DNA of 64,000 bases from Phaeosaccion multiseriatum (Eukaryota; Protista; Ochrophyta, other classes): the NCBI GenBank assembly GCA_965112735.1, contig OZ218952.1, positions 4,092,001-4,156,000 on the forward strand, given 5' to 3'. Under the pieces are notes generated by a model that saw only the letters and a program-made list of their open reading frames with translations, did no database searches and was not told the DNA's origin. The translations under genes and the position numbers were made by a program. Shown in pieces: positions 13,632 to 25,219 of this stretch (the stretch's first letter is position 1; each line of letters starts with the position of its first letter).

Positions 13632-16600
13632 TCAGAAGCGCAAGCGGACGGTGTGGCACTGCTCCAGAGGCTGGCGATGGCCCATCTCGTCCACCTGCTG
13701 CAGCGTCAGCACCGCCCCCTTTACGCTGGGGCCCACCGGGAGACGCGCAAGGCGGAATCGCTCGGCCGCCGTCCTACCCAGCCACAACCGCAGCCCCGTG
13801 CTGCTGCTGCTGCTGCTTGCCAGCCTAGGCGAGACGGCCTCCTCCTCCTTCTTCTCCTGCCTTTTTACTAAAGTGCACCACACATCCGCGTGCAGAGGCG
13901 CGAAAGACGAGTACGTCCACGCCAGAGTGGCGCTCAGCCAAAGGAGCCCCCCCCTCCCTCCCTCCTCCTCCTCCTCCTCCAGGCTCACTTCCCCCACGCG
14001 AATCGTTTTCCCTACCCCCCCCACGAGGTCCCCAAAAGCCCCTGCAGCGGCGAGTCTGCCTATGGAAAGCTGCCCCAGCAGAGCTCTGTAAACCTTCAAG
14101 CCCCCACTGCTGCCGCTGCTGATGCTGGTGCCGCTGCTGATGATGCCGCTACTCGCCGCCCTCTTGACCGCGGCCTGCGCAGCCAGCTCACGCCTGGCAC
14201 TAGTGCTATCGGTGGTGGAGGAAGCAGCCCCAGCCCCAGCCTCAGCGGCAGCAGCAGGTGCTGACACCGTCGTGCCGCTTCCGCCCGCTGCTGCTGCAGC
14301 AGCAGCAGCAGCCTTCTTTGGGGAGATGGAGCACACCACAGAGATGGAGCGAAGAGTGCTCCCTCTCCCCAGCAGGTCCCTCAACACGTAGCGCCGCGTC
14401 GTCCAAGGGCCTAGATTGGGCTTGGGCCGCCTTGGTTGCCCATCGCCGCAGCCCCTGCCGCCCAGCCACAAGGCATCTCTCACTTGCCCCAGAGACTGGC
14501 CCTCTTCGCGCAGCGTCTTGACCTTACGCAGCACCTCTTCCGGACTGCTCTGGGTGGTGTCCCCCCCAGCAGCATCCTCCTCCTCCTCCTCCTCCTCCTC
14601 CTCCTCCTCCTCTTCCAGTGGGAGGAAGCTGCTCTTGCCCTCCTTCCAGGCAACTCGCTCGGACAGCCTTGTCGCCCCCCGCCGAGGAGCTTTGGAAGCC
14701 GAGCCTTGCTGCTGTTTTGCGCTCTTCCCCATATCGACATGACCCACATCTCCTTGTCCTATTCCCGGGGGGGTGAGCGGGCCTCTGAGGATGACCTCCT
14801 CCTCTACCCCACCCGGCCCCTCAAGATGGAGAACCACCGCGAGTTCGCACGCCTCCAGCAAACACAAGCTCACTCGAATCTCGACGGCTCCCTTGGGCAG
14901 ACCAGCCTCGCTGCTAAAGAGGGGGAAACTGACTGAGGAGCCGGCAGAGGCCCCTCTTCCTCCTCCTTTGCCCCCACTGTCACCGGCAAGTGGAAGGAGG
15001 CCCGTGAAGCTCACGCAGCTGCCCCCGTCGAAGGCCGTGGTGTGGTCGAAGCGACAGAGCACGGTGGCCTCCCTCCTGGCGCTATTTGAAACGCGCCTCG
15101 TCTGGCAGCAGGCGGTGCAGCTCAGACTCTGTGCTGGCAGAGAGTAGAACGCTTCCTTGCCATCATGGTTGTCGCCCCCCACTCCTGCTGCTGCTGCTGC
15201 TGCTGCCTCCGCTAGCGTCGCTACCCTCCTCCCCTCAATCCAAACGGAGTCCCCCACTCCAGAGCTGAAGAAGTTCACAAATGGCCTTACCAGGCGCTTC
15301 GAGGCCAGTAAAGATTGAGACTGTGAGTGCCACGACTTACGCAAAAGGCCCCAAAACTTGCGATCCACCGCCCACCAGTCTTTCTCCAAGTCTTCCCATC
15401 GCTCAAACGGCAGCACGCCCCCTGCTGCCCCGCCGTCTTGTGCTCTCCCAAGCCCTCCATCACCATCGCCATCAGCAACAACCCCTTCCTCCTTCTCCTC
15501 CTGTTGCCCGCCACCACCGCCTCCCGTCCCACGCACCAGCCCCCTGCCCTTGGTCTGGTCCTGCATCGTCCACGCGGGGGCGAAGAGCGCTACGGACACT
15601 CCCGCCCTCTGCAGCCTGGCCACTGCCAAATTGCAGCTCCATCCGCCCCCGCCCCACGTGCCCCTGCCAAAAACATCGATGCCCATATACACGTCGAACC
15701 GCCTCCCTTGGGCTCTCCTGCAGGTGTGGGGTTGTGAGTTGTATTTTAGGAGGAGGAGGAGGCGGAGGAGGAAAGAAACGGAGGTGAGGAACGAATGTGA
15801 GGCGCCAGAAGAGAGAAGGAAAGTTGTAAGAATCATACCTAGCGCTGTCGTCCGGCTCTTGGTCCTTCCAGCAGTAGTTGCTAAAGAGACCGTCGCAAGC
15901 GTCGAAGAAGCGCTTGTTGTGCTCGTTCAGACAGTCTTGCCACTTGAGCTCCCCTGTCTCAATGACGCTATCATACCACAGCACCAGGGGCCGGGAGGTG
16001 GAGGAGGAGGAGGAGGAGGAAGAAGTTGCTGCTGAGGTCCCATCATCTTCATCCGCCATCCCCGCTTCGTCGAAGAGGGCGCAGGAGCGTTCTTTGAGGG
16101 CGCGTAGAAAGACAACGATGGCATCAACGCCACCCCCGCACCCTTCCCCCTGTACCGCGTTCTCAATGTTGATGAGCCTGTCCGCGCAGCAAAAGTAGGA
16201 TGGAGCACGAAAGGGCGGTAAGTACGTATTACAGCAGTGTGTCAGGAGAGGAAGTTGTACTGTACTGTCCTGCACGTACCATCCGTCGAATCCATAGTCT
16301 GCAGCAATGTCCGCCAACAGCTCGGCAGTCTTACGAGCTGCTTCCACTGAGGAGAAGAGCTTCGCACATACTTGACTCCCTGGTGGGGTACAACGAGGAG
16401 GGGTAGGAATAGCGAAGAGGGGCGCCGTGAGCAGCAGCGGCAGGCAGAGTAGATGGGCGAAGAAGCTGCTGCCCTGAACATACCTTCGTCCCATTCGGTG
16501 ATGAAGGTCCCCAGCACCCTGAGGCAGAGGGGCAAGAGTATACAGGGGCTCAGCGAATGTAGCGGCAAAAATCCCCATGCAGTTAGTTAGTCCTACATTC

Positions 16601-17329
16601 AGAGAGTGGTAACCCCTTCCTCTACCTTGTGCCGTGCCGATGTGCAACATCAATCCAGCCTGGGGGCGGGATGGTGACGAGCTTGTGCGAAAAGTAGACA
16701 AAAACGTCGATGATATCCCAGTCGTATATTCGGTACGCCCGCTCGTAGCGCCCCGTGAAGGGCTGAACCAGAGCATCCTCCAAATAACCACCGGCCATAT
16801 CATGGCACACCAACATGCGGCTGCGATTCGGGGGGAAAGGCGGCGGGCGAAAGGGGCGGGGTCTGGCTGGCCTCTTTTTGTGCTTGCGAGCAACAAACGC
16901 CTCGGAGTAGTCGACGCCTCTGTAGCCGAGCAAGTCTTGCATCGAGGTCAGAGGCTCTGCACGTGGGAGCCAAGTGGTCCCGGGAGCAGGCCGTTCGTGT
17001 GGAAACTGGACCACATCCGTTACGAGGTTGCCAATCGAAATCCCCTCATCGTCGTCAGGATCTCTCTCGCTTTCGGTGTCACCCCCCCGCGTGGCCCGAA
17101 GCGATTCGCTCTCCTCTTGTTTTCTCCGAAGCTCTGCCAGCACCGAAGCTCCGCTCTTTGTTCGCCCTTCCGCAGCCTCCATGCCCGTGAGCCAGACCCA
17201 AAAGTCGTCTATGGCTTGCCGATAATGACTCGCAACGATAAACATTATCAGGAGCCCGATAAGAAACGTGACTCCGTGCGTCGACACGAAGCTCGCAGCT
17301 GCGGCTGCAATGGTTTGTTCCTTCCTCAT
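13632..17329 (-). CDS. ENGASE: Endo-beta-N-acetylglucosaminidase, glycoside hydrolase family 85 (multi-exon)
   Basis: GH85 motifs LVCHDMAGGYLED, IDVFVYFSHKLVTIPPPGWIDVAHRHG, VLGTFITEW, YGFDGW|LINIEN (catalytic N-x-E), LWYDSV..GELKWQD.LN, DVYMGIDVFGRG, SVALFAPAW spread over spliced exons. Confidence 0.9.
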
Positions 17330-18105
17330 ACTTGTCCACCTTTTACTGATTGGGAGGGGAGAAGCTGTGCTTGCGCAGAGAGAAAAAAGCTTCACCCTTC
17401 TGCGCCATCTGTGAATACTTCAGGAGCACCAACCTGTGAAGAGGAGGGGGGATACAAAATACAAAAGGCCCATTACCGGTGCTTGAGTGGCGGGAGGAGC
17501 TTTCACTGAGCACGGTGTGCAGGTTTTGGAGCACGAGGGAGGGCGCCGGGGCGAGTAGACCGGCCTGGCTGAGGTGAGTGACTTGAGTGTTTGGGGTAAG
17601 GGAATTAAGAATTAAGGAGGAATGGAGTTGAGTTGAGTGAGTGAGCGGAAGGGTAAGGTGGGGAGTAAGTACGTAATGGAGGCGTGAGAGTTGAAGGGGT
17701 TGAGTGAGTGATGGAGTTAAGTGAGTGAATGAGTTGACCGAAGGTTTGTGGAGTCTAAAAAAAAAAAAATGGTGTTTGGTATGTTCGAATCCGGATTGTC
17801 GCCAGTTGGGGAATGCGCACCTCATATGAACGGCATGTCGCAGGAGGACGATAGATAAGAAAGAGAGATAGAAGAAGGAAGCTAATACACACTCAACATA
17901 GGATACGAACCCCGTGCTCGTTGGTTGTCTGGGGTGTGTGGTCTGTCCCACATCCCAGGTGGCTCAGGTTGAGCGAAGTGACTTGAGTGAGTGAGTGAGT
18001 GAGTTGAGGGAGTGAGCGAATGAATGAATAGTTGAGTGAGTGGGTGAGTGGGTGGGTGAGGGAGTGAGTAAGCCTCCATCCGCCCGTCCCTGGACCATGC
18101 TGAGG

Positions 18106-18136
<31 letters not shown>

Positions 18137-18181
18137 AAAAAAAAAATGTCCCCCTCGGGAAGGGGCCCCCTTAGGAAGGGG

Positions 18182-18188
18182 AAAAAAA
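18182..18188 (-). terminator. Pol III oligo-T terminator of tRNA-Tyr
   Basis: T7 run on the minus strand ~20 nt after the tRNA 3' end. Confidence 0.7.
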
Positions 18189-18209
18189 TGTTAGAGTCAT
18201 ATAGGTCAC

Positions 18210-18297
18210 TCCCCTCATCCTGGGTCGAACAGGAGACTTCGGGAGTTCTGTCAATGTCCATTACAATCCCACACTCTACCAACTGAGTTATAAGGGG
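18210..18297 (-). tRNA. trnY: tRNA-Tyr(GTA) with a 15-nt intron at position 37/38
   Basis: The reverse complement folds as CCCCTTA TA ACTC-AGTTGGTA-GAGT G TGGGA TTGTAA[TGGACATTGACAGAA]C TCCCG AAGTC TCCTG-TTCGACC-CAGGA TGAGGGG A. All four stems pair, and the C1:G72 and A73 Tyr identity elements are present. Confidence 0.9.
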
Positions 18298-18364
18298 GGT
18301 CAGGAATGGTGGAAAAAAATTGGTCTTTAATATAAAATTGTTGTCTGTCTAGGCAGGGGAGGAT

Positions 18365-18816
18365 TCGACCCCGTGCACGCCTAGCGGCCTAGGCCTATTT
18401 TGGAAAATTTCCCGGCCTTTGACGGCCTAGCGAGGGCCGTAGGCCCTCGGCCTATTTATAGGCCGCCTAGGCGGCGGATAGGCGGGGGCCGCACGCCAAC
18501 TAGGCGCAGGTCCAGGGCGGGAATATGCTCATATGCCCCTGGGCTGGCCCGGAACCCGCCCAAGCAAGTGTCGTCAGTTTTAAGCAAATGTATTGCATGG
18601 GATAAGTGAGGAGCAGACTTGGTTCGTGTTGTCTCTTTCCGCCTCGCTGGCCCTACGAGGAGTGCAGGCCTACAGGTGTGCTGCTACCCACTGGCTGGGC
18701 GGCACCACGCACGCGCCCACGGTCACTGGGAGGCTGCCTAGAGGCGGGCTAGAGGCCGCCTAGGGCTGAAAAGTGAGCGGCCTAGAGCCTAGGCCGCTAG
18801 GCGTGCACGGGGCCGA
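18365..18816. mobile_element. MITE family A, copy 1 (non-autonomous TIR element)
   Basis: ~30-bp TIRs TCGACCCCGTGCACGCCTAGCGGCCTAGGC ... GCCTAGGCCGCTAGGCGTGCACGGGGCCGA; internal sequence closely matches 29186-29678; no clean TSD. Confidence 0.85.
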
Positions 18817-19029
18817 GGAGAGGACACGCACAAGGGGAGAAGGAGCGCAGGCGGTGAGGGATCGACCACTCTTCGACCCGAAAGGCAAGCGCCGGTGCAC
18901 CGGAGCACCGGAGCCTTGGGCATTATTGAGAACGGGCCCGACTCTCCTCGACCGTCTGGCTCCTTGCTTCTCCTCAGCCCTCAGCACAGCAACCAAGGCT
19001 TCAATTCAAGTCCATGTAGGAATGTATAG

Positions 19030-20061
19030 TCGGCTCCAGACTGGCCTAGAAGCCTATGCTCTAGGCCCTAGGCCGAGCGGCCTACGCCCGCTCTAGGCCT
19101 AGGCCGGCGGCCGTTGGCCGCTCTAGGCCGGCCATTTTTTCTCCCTAGGCCGGCGGTTCTAGGCCTAGGCCTCGACCTATCTGATTAGTAATTACCGCCG
19201 GCGCAGCCGGCCTGATTATTGATTATGACCGGCGCCAGCCGGCCTGAGTACTGATTATGCGCCAGCCGGGGGCTGATTACTGATTACGGCCGGCGCACAC
19301 CGTAATCTTGTCCAGGGTCGAAGGGAGGGAGGGAGGGAGGGAGGGAGGGAGGGAGGGAGGGAGGGAGGGAGGGAGGGAGGGAGGGAGGGAGGGAGGGAGG
19401 GAGGGAGGGAGGGAGGGAGGGAGGGAGGGAGGGAGGGAGGGAGGGAGGGAGGGAGGGAGGGAGGGAGGGAGGGAGGGAGGGAGGGAGGGAGGGAGGGAGG
19501 GAGGGAGGGAGGGAGGGAGGGAGGGAGGGAGGGAGGGAGGGAGGGAGGGAGGGAGGGAGGGAGGGAGGGAGGGAGGGAGGGAGGGAGGGAGGGAGGGAGG
19601 GAGGGAGGGAGGGAGGGAGGGAGGGAGGGAGGGAGGGAGGGAGGGAGGGAGGGAGGGAGGGAGGGAGGGAGGGAGGGAGGGAGGGAGGGAGGGAGGGAGG
19701 GAGGGAGGGAGGGAGGGAGGGAGGGAAGGAGGGAGGGAGGGAGGGAGGGAGGGAAGGAGGGAGGGAGGGAAGGAGGGAGGGAAGGAGGGAGAGAGGGAGG
19801 GAGGGAGGGAGGGAGGGAGGGAGGGAGGGAGGGAGCAGCCGGCCTGATTACTGATTTTGCGCCGGCCGGGGGCTGATTACCAGTTACGGCCGGCGCACAC
19901 CGTAATCTTGTCCAGGGTCCTAGGCCGGGAGGGCTGCGCCCAAAATAGGCCTAGGCCGGGGACCTGCGGCCCCCTCTAGGCCTAGGCCGGGGGCCTGCGG
20001 CCCCCCTAGGCCGGCCGAATTTCGTCTCTAGGCCTAGGCTTCTAGGCCAGTCTGGAGCCGA
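19030..20061. mobile_element. MITE family B with 6-bp TSD and an internal (GGGA)n array
   Basis: 27-bp perfect TIRs TCGGCTCCAGACTGGCCTAGAAGCCTA ... TAGGCTTCTAGGCCAGTCTGGAGCCGA; TSD GTATAG at 19024-19029 and 20062-20067; CCTAGG/GGCC-rich subterminal repeats. Confidence 0.9.
19322..19835 (+). repeat. (GGGA)n tetranucleotide array, ~510 bp
   Basis: Seen directly; nearly pure GGGA with a few GGAA/GAGA variants near the 3' end. Confidence 0.98.
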
Positions 20062-20397
20062 GTATAGGTAAAGATTATTATTCTCCACAGCCATGTACCA
20101 GATATACTATCGCTCGTAATCCAAGAATGTCACTTCCCCTCCGCTTGCTTGCAAAGCGCCCTTCAGCCCCTGCCTACGCAAGGTTATAGCTACACCTCCC
20201 ACCAGCCAGTAGATTGCCCCACCCGAGCCACCGTCTCTGCAAGCACGTACTCCTCTAAGAAGGGCGTTCTTGCAGTAAGTACTACAGCACCGACAGCGCC
20301 CCCGGCACTTCCTCCTCTCCACCCTGGGGCGAGCCGAGCGAGTCGCTCGCTCCTCATGTCATTCAGTCAGTCCCAGTCCTCCCATCCTCGTAGCCAA

Positions 20398-22233
20398 TTA
20401 GTCAAGCCCATCGCTGTCCCCCTCGTCCGGAGCTTCCTCGTCCGCTATCTCGTCCGCGGTCTCGGGAGGAGGGGGGGGCATGGCAGCAGTGGCCACGGGT
20501 GGTGGTGCAGCGGACGCAGTGGGCGAAGCGGGTGAAGCGGGCGAAGCGGCGCGGGGCGAACTGGAGGGTCTGGTGTGGCTGGTGCACGGAGGTGGAGCGG
20601 TGGGAGGGTCAGAGGGGAGGCTGCGCATCAGAGAGGGGACCAGCCAAGAGGCGAAGCGGACGGCAAGCAAGCGAAGGGAGGGCGCTGCCAGCCAGTCTAA
20701 GCCGGATAGGACCAGCAGGGTCTACGCTAAGAAGGGGTACGTTGCAATGCCAGGAGTCTTTCGTGAGAGAAGCTTTGCTTGCTTGCCGCGGATGAATCAC
20801 ACACACGAGGCTTCAACACCCAAGGGAGAGGGCGGAAGCTTGCTTATACCCCTCGCCTCGCCCCCTCTCCTACCCGGACGCTCGCTAGCTACGGCGAAAA
20901 GCAATGAAGCATTGCTGCCTCGTCGTTGCTTCCCCGCCAAGTAAAGATGGCCTCACCTCAGCTTGAGTGATTTGCTACCTGGCAGCTCGGGCTTGAATGA
21001 GAACACCTCAGCGTTCAGCAGAGCTGCCTCCCTGCAGGGAGGGAACAGTAAGTGAACGGGGAAGAGAAGTAAGTATGGGATACAAGTCAAGTCTTACCCC
21101 TGTGCCCCGGCCGCCCCTAGCTACTCTACACCTCGTCCAGTCAGTGCACAGCCCAAGCCCCAGCCAGCCAGGCGAACACAACAACAAACAATCACACCGA
21201 AAGCGGAGGGCGGGCTTGGCTGGTGGTGTCTTGCGTCACCCACCTGAACTCTTGGCCCTTGTTTCTCCCCTCATAGAGATGCTCAAAGATGGTCTCGTCT
21301 TCATTTCTCTCGTCAGCTTTTACCGTCGTGGCCACAAGCGCAGGCTGGAAAGTTACACCTGTGGCATTGGTGATGAGCAGAAGAAGCAGCAGCAGCTCGG
21401 CGTGTAAGAGGACGAGAGGATGCCAACCCTTGCTTCTGCTGGAACATCACCCCATACGAGAGAGCCGGGAGGGGGGGAGGGGGCGAGAAAGATCGAGACG
21501 GAGAGGGACAGAGAGAAGGAGAGAGAGGGGAGAGAGAGAGCGAGAAAGAGAGAAAGAAGGCAGTCGACGCGGCCACCAATGTACCGTACCTTCTTCTGAA
21601 TGCACCTTGTCCGCGAGCCTTTGGCGTGACTCCTCCGTCTTCTTACCGTCGAGGTAGAGGCGCTCAAAGAGTTTGCCCTGATCCGCATCTCGAGTTTCGC
21701 CGTGGAGCTGGGGGATGCATGAATGAGGCAAGCGAAACGTTGGTATGGATGATGAGACGGAGGAGGAGGAGGAGGAGAAGTAGTAACAAACCATACCTTG
21801 TGGTACTGCTCCGTCTTTGTAACGTCGGGTGTGAAGGTGTCTTGACTGTGCACTTGATCTGCCAGGCGCTGGCGGGCCTCTTCTGTCCTTCTACCGTCCT
21901 CATAGAGCCGCTCGAACAGCTTGTCCTTGCTCCCGCCGTCCGGGGACTCGTACTGAGTGAGTGAGTGAGGGAGGGAGGGGAGAGACCGCCAGAGACAACA
22001 TGAACATCGTACGCAGAACGTACGCAGAACAGTAAGAGTAAAGTAAGAGAGGTGGTGGGGGGGAAAGGAAGGATGGGGTTCTTCAGCGCACACTTTCCCT
22101 TTTTTATTCAGGGCCGGGAGTTGGGAAACAAGCAAGCTACTACGGGCCGTAAAGTAAATGGACTTGCTCGTGAAGCAAGCAGGGCGGATGCGGTGCGGTA
22201 CCTACCGCGGTCAGAAGAGAAGTTGCCCCTCCT

Positions 22234-22289
<56 letters not shown>

Positions 22290-24760
22290 CACACACGCGC
22301 GCACGCACGCACGCATACAACACGCATGCACGCGCACACGAACACACACACACGCGCGTCATGAGCGTCATCATTTTCTCGGCGGAGCGACACCCGTCTG
22401 TGCATACCTTGTTGTACTGAGCCGTCTCCGTGACGTCGGGCGTGAAGGTGTCTTGGCTATGCACTTGATCTGCCAGTCGTAGGCGGGCCTCTTCAGTCTT
22501 CCTTGCGTCCTCATAGAGCCGCTCGAACAGCTTGTCCTTACTTCCGCCGTCCGGGGATTCGTACTGAGTAGGCGAGTGAGGGAGGGGAGAGACAGAGAGA
22601 CACGGACGTCGTAGAGATATCGTGAGTTAGTTAGCTACATGAGTACCACGTTTCTTTCTGCTCTGTAAGCGTGGGGCATGGGGCTTCTCGGTTGGGGAGG
22701 GATGACGTTAAAACCGGCCGTCCCCCCTCTCGTTCATTTCTTAAAAGTACTTGCCTTGTAACCTTCCGTCTGCTTCACATCTGGTTTAAAAGTGCAGTGC
22801 TCCGTCAGCTCCGCGTCCTCTAGCTTAAGCTGACATTTCAGGGACAGAAGCAAGGCAGCCAGGAGCCAAGAAGCAAGGCAGGTGGACGGACGGAGACGAA
22901 CGCGAAGGCAGAGAAGGGGTCAAAGGTGTAGGGAAATGAGCGACATGGAGGGAGGCAGGAGTACCACGTCTGCGGCTTGGTGCATCGATTCATTGACTGT
23001 GGTACCTTGAGAGCTGCCATGTCATCCCTGGGGCTGTGCACTCTGCGAGACTGCTCCTGCTTGCCCATCTCGTACAGCTCGGCAGTCCGAATGCCCTTCT
23101 CCCTGACAAGACGAGGGAGAGAGAGAGACGGAGGGGAGGGAGAGAGGGAGAACAAGGGGGATGAGAGAGAGCATTGGCTGCAGGGTCAGGGTCGTCCGAG
23201 GAGCAGTAGTGCAGGACCACAGAGAGTGGGGGACTTGCTTTCCAGGCCATACACACACACACACACACACCTTGCGAGTACTTTGCTATTGGCAGGCAGG
23301 GAGGGTTTGAAGGTGCACTCCACGTCCTCATCTCGGTGCACGGCCTTGGCCAGCTCGAGCCTCCGCGACGCGGAGGAGGTGGAAAGCATGTACAGCCGGT
23401 CGTGTACTTTGGCTGACCAGCCAGAGGAGGAGGGGGAGGCAGGAAGAGGAGGTTGTTTGGTTACACCAAGAAGAAGGAATGCAGGAAGAGGGAGGGTAGT
23501 ATGGCAGTATATACCTGCCCCATTGTTGGTGCAGATGTTCCTTATTCCTAAACTTATAACTTACCCCCAGTGGGCGAGGCTGATCTGCCTCTACGACCAC
23601 CACCTGGGCTTTCTTTGCTGCTTTTCCTCGACCGAGGCGTCACCTGACGAAGAGGCGGGGCGGAGGAGGGGGGTGGGGAGAGCCGTTCAATACGGGAGGG
23701 CATGCATTTTCAGTCGTTGTTGCTTGGAACGACGGAGAAAGACAAGACTTGTTCTCACCTGTGGCTGAAACGTGCATGGCCTGGCCTCTTCCTCCTCAAC
23801 TTTCAGCGACAGCATTCGAACAGTCTCCTCCTTATGCCGAGCGTCCGAATAGAGTCGAGCGTGGACAGTCTCGGCGGAAGCAGCTGTGGCGCCTTCGCCC
23901 TTCGACGACCCTCCCGCAAGTGTATTCACCTTGGGGATGAATGTGCACTCTTTCAACTCTTCCTGCTCCTTCTTTATTTTCCGCTCTATGTCTATGCTTT
24001 CCACAGCACTTCCCCCCACAAACAGCCGATTCACGACATCGCCTTCTCCCTTGTCGCTTCCCTCAAGTAGCTTGAGGTTCACCTTCTTGGTAACATCTGT
24101 GTTTGGCTGGAACTTCATCGAGCCGTAAATCTGGTGGTCTGATTATAGAGGAGCGAGCATGAGAGCATGCAGCCAGGGTGGGGGCACGAGAGCGATGGAC
24201 CCGGACATGTCGAGAGGGCACAAGAGAGAACGGAAGATATGAGAGAGAATCAGAGATAATGACGAGGAGGGACACGTACGCGGAAGCAGCCAAGTCAAGG
24301 GGGCACCACCCAGTCGTCCGACGAGAGAGGCACCCAGGCCAGTGCACAGCAGGCGCAGAGCAGGCCAGAAAGGGAGGAGGCAGGGATATAAGACGAGAGG
24401 GAGAGTAATAAGGGGAGAGAAGGGCGGGAGGAGTATGCGGAAAGCGAGAAGAGAGAGGGGGGTGAAAGAGCGAGCGAGCGAGGAGCAGAGAAGGGTGGCC
24501 GGGCGGGGGAAGGCGCTCAGCCAAGAGAGGAGACCCACATAGCCCAGACAGGGACACACAAGTGCGTGAGAAATGGAGGACGGACAGTCCTCTCTCTGCA
24601 GCAATGAGCAATAATCACCTGCTTGGGCGCGCTTCTCGGAAATCCTTTTGCCGTCATTATACAAACTCTCGTACATTTCTTGGCCGCCCACGTGATTCTC
24701 TGCCGGCTTGCTCACTAACGTAGGAGCATACGTGGCCTCCGAGTCGTCTAAGGTAGTCAT
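20398..24760 (-). CDS. Uncharacterised multi-exon repeat protein with RLY...(C/D)TFxP modules
   Basis: About 11 GT-AG exons splice in frame from ATG 24760 (MTTLDDSEATYAP) to TAA 20398. Recurring motifs: LFERLYED, VHARLYSD, ECTFIP, PCTFQP, ECTFKP, DTFTP, VTFQP, FSFKP. Confidence 0.65.
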
Positions 24761-25219
24761 CGCGGACTTCTGAAGGCACACCTCTCGGGCTTTTGGGTTT
24801 TTTTTTAACTCGGCGCAAAGCAGCTTCCGGCAGTTGGGCCGGCGAAAAGAGCTGAAACTGAAACTGAATATTTGTTTTTGTTTTCTTTTACGTAAATTAT
24901 AAAATACAGATAAAATAACAATGGATCAAAGGGGATGAAAAAGGGGGGGGAAACCAATTGGCAAATATGCAGTCAATCAATTACTCTTCTATTCTATTAA
25001 TTTAAATTTTTTTTTAATTCTTCCCACTTGAATAATCAGCTGTGAATAATGAATAATACATGACGGCCCTTCCAAGGGCAATGAGCAGTGACTAGAGAAA
25101 AAGAAACAAGACATTAGGCCGCCGGTGAAGATGCAAAGAGGCCAAGCAGGTGGGCAGCGAGCCACACTCTGGACACTCTCCGCTCGCTCCACGCGCCGCT
25201 CCGCCCGCCAAGCACCATT

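Noticed and set aside
17770-17980. Possible structured Pol III RNA (B-box-like GTTCGAATCC and GGTTCGTATCC, hairpins, adjacent A-run)
   Set aside because: No complete cloverleaf or recognisable snRNA/SRP motif by eye; an Rfam scan would be needed.
19308-19847. 179-aa (GREG)n ORF
   Set aside because: It is a translation of the (GGGA)n array inside a MITE.
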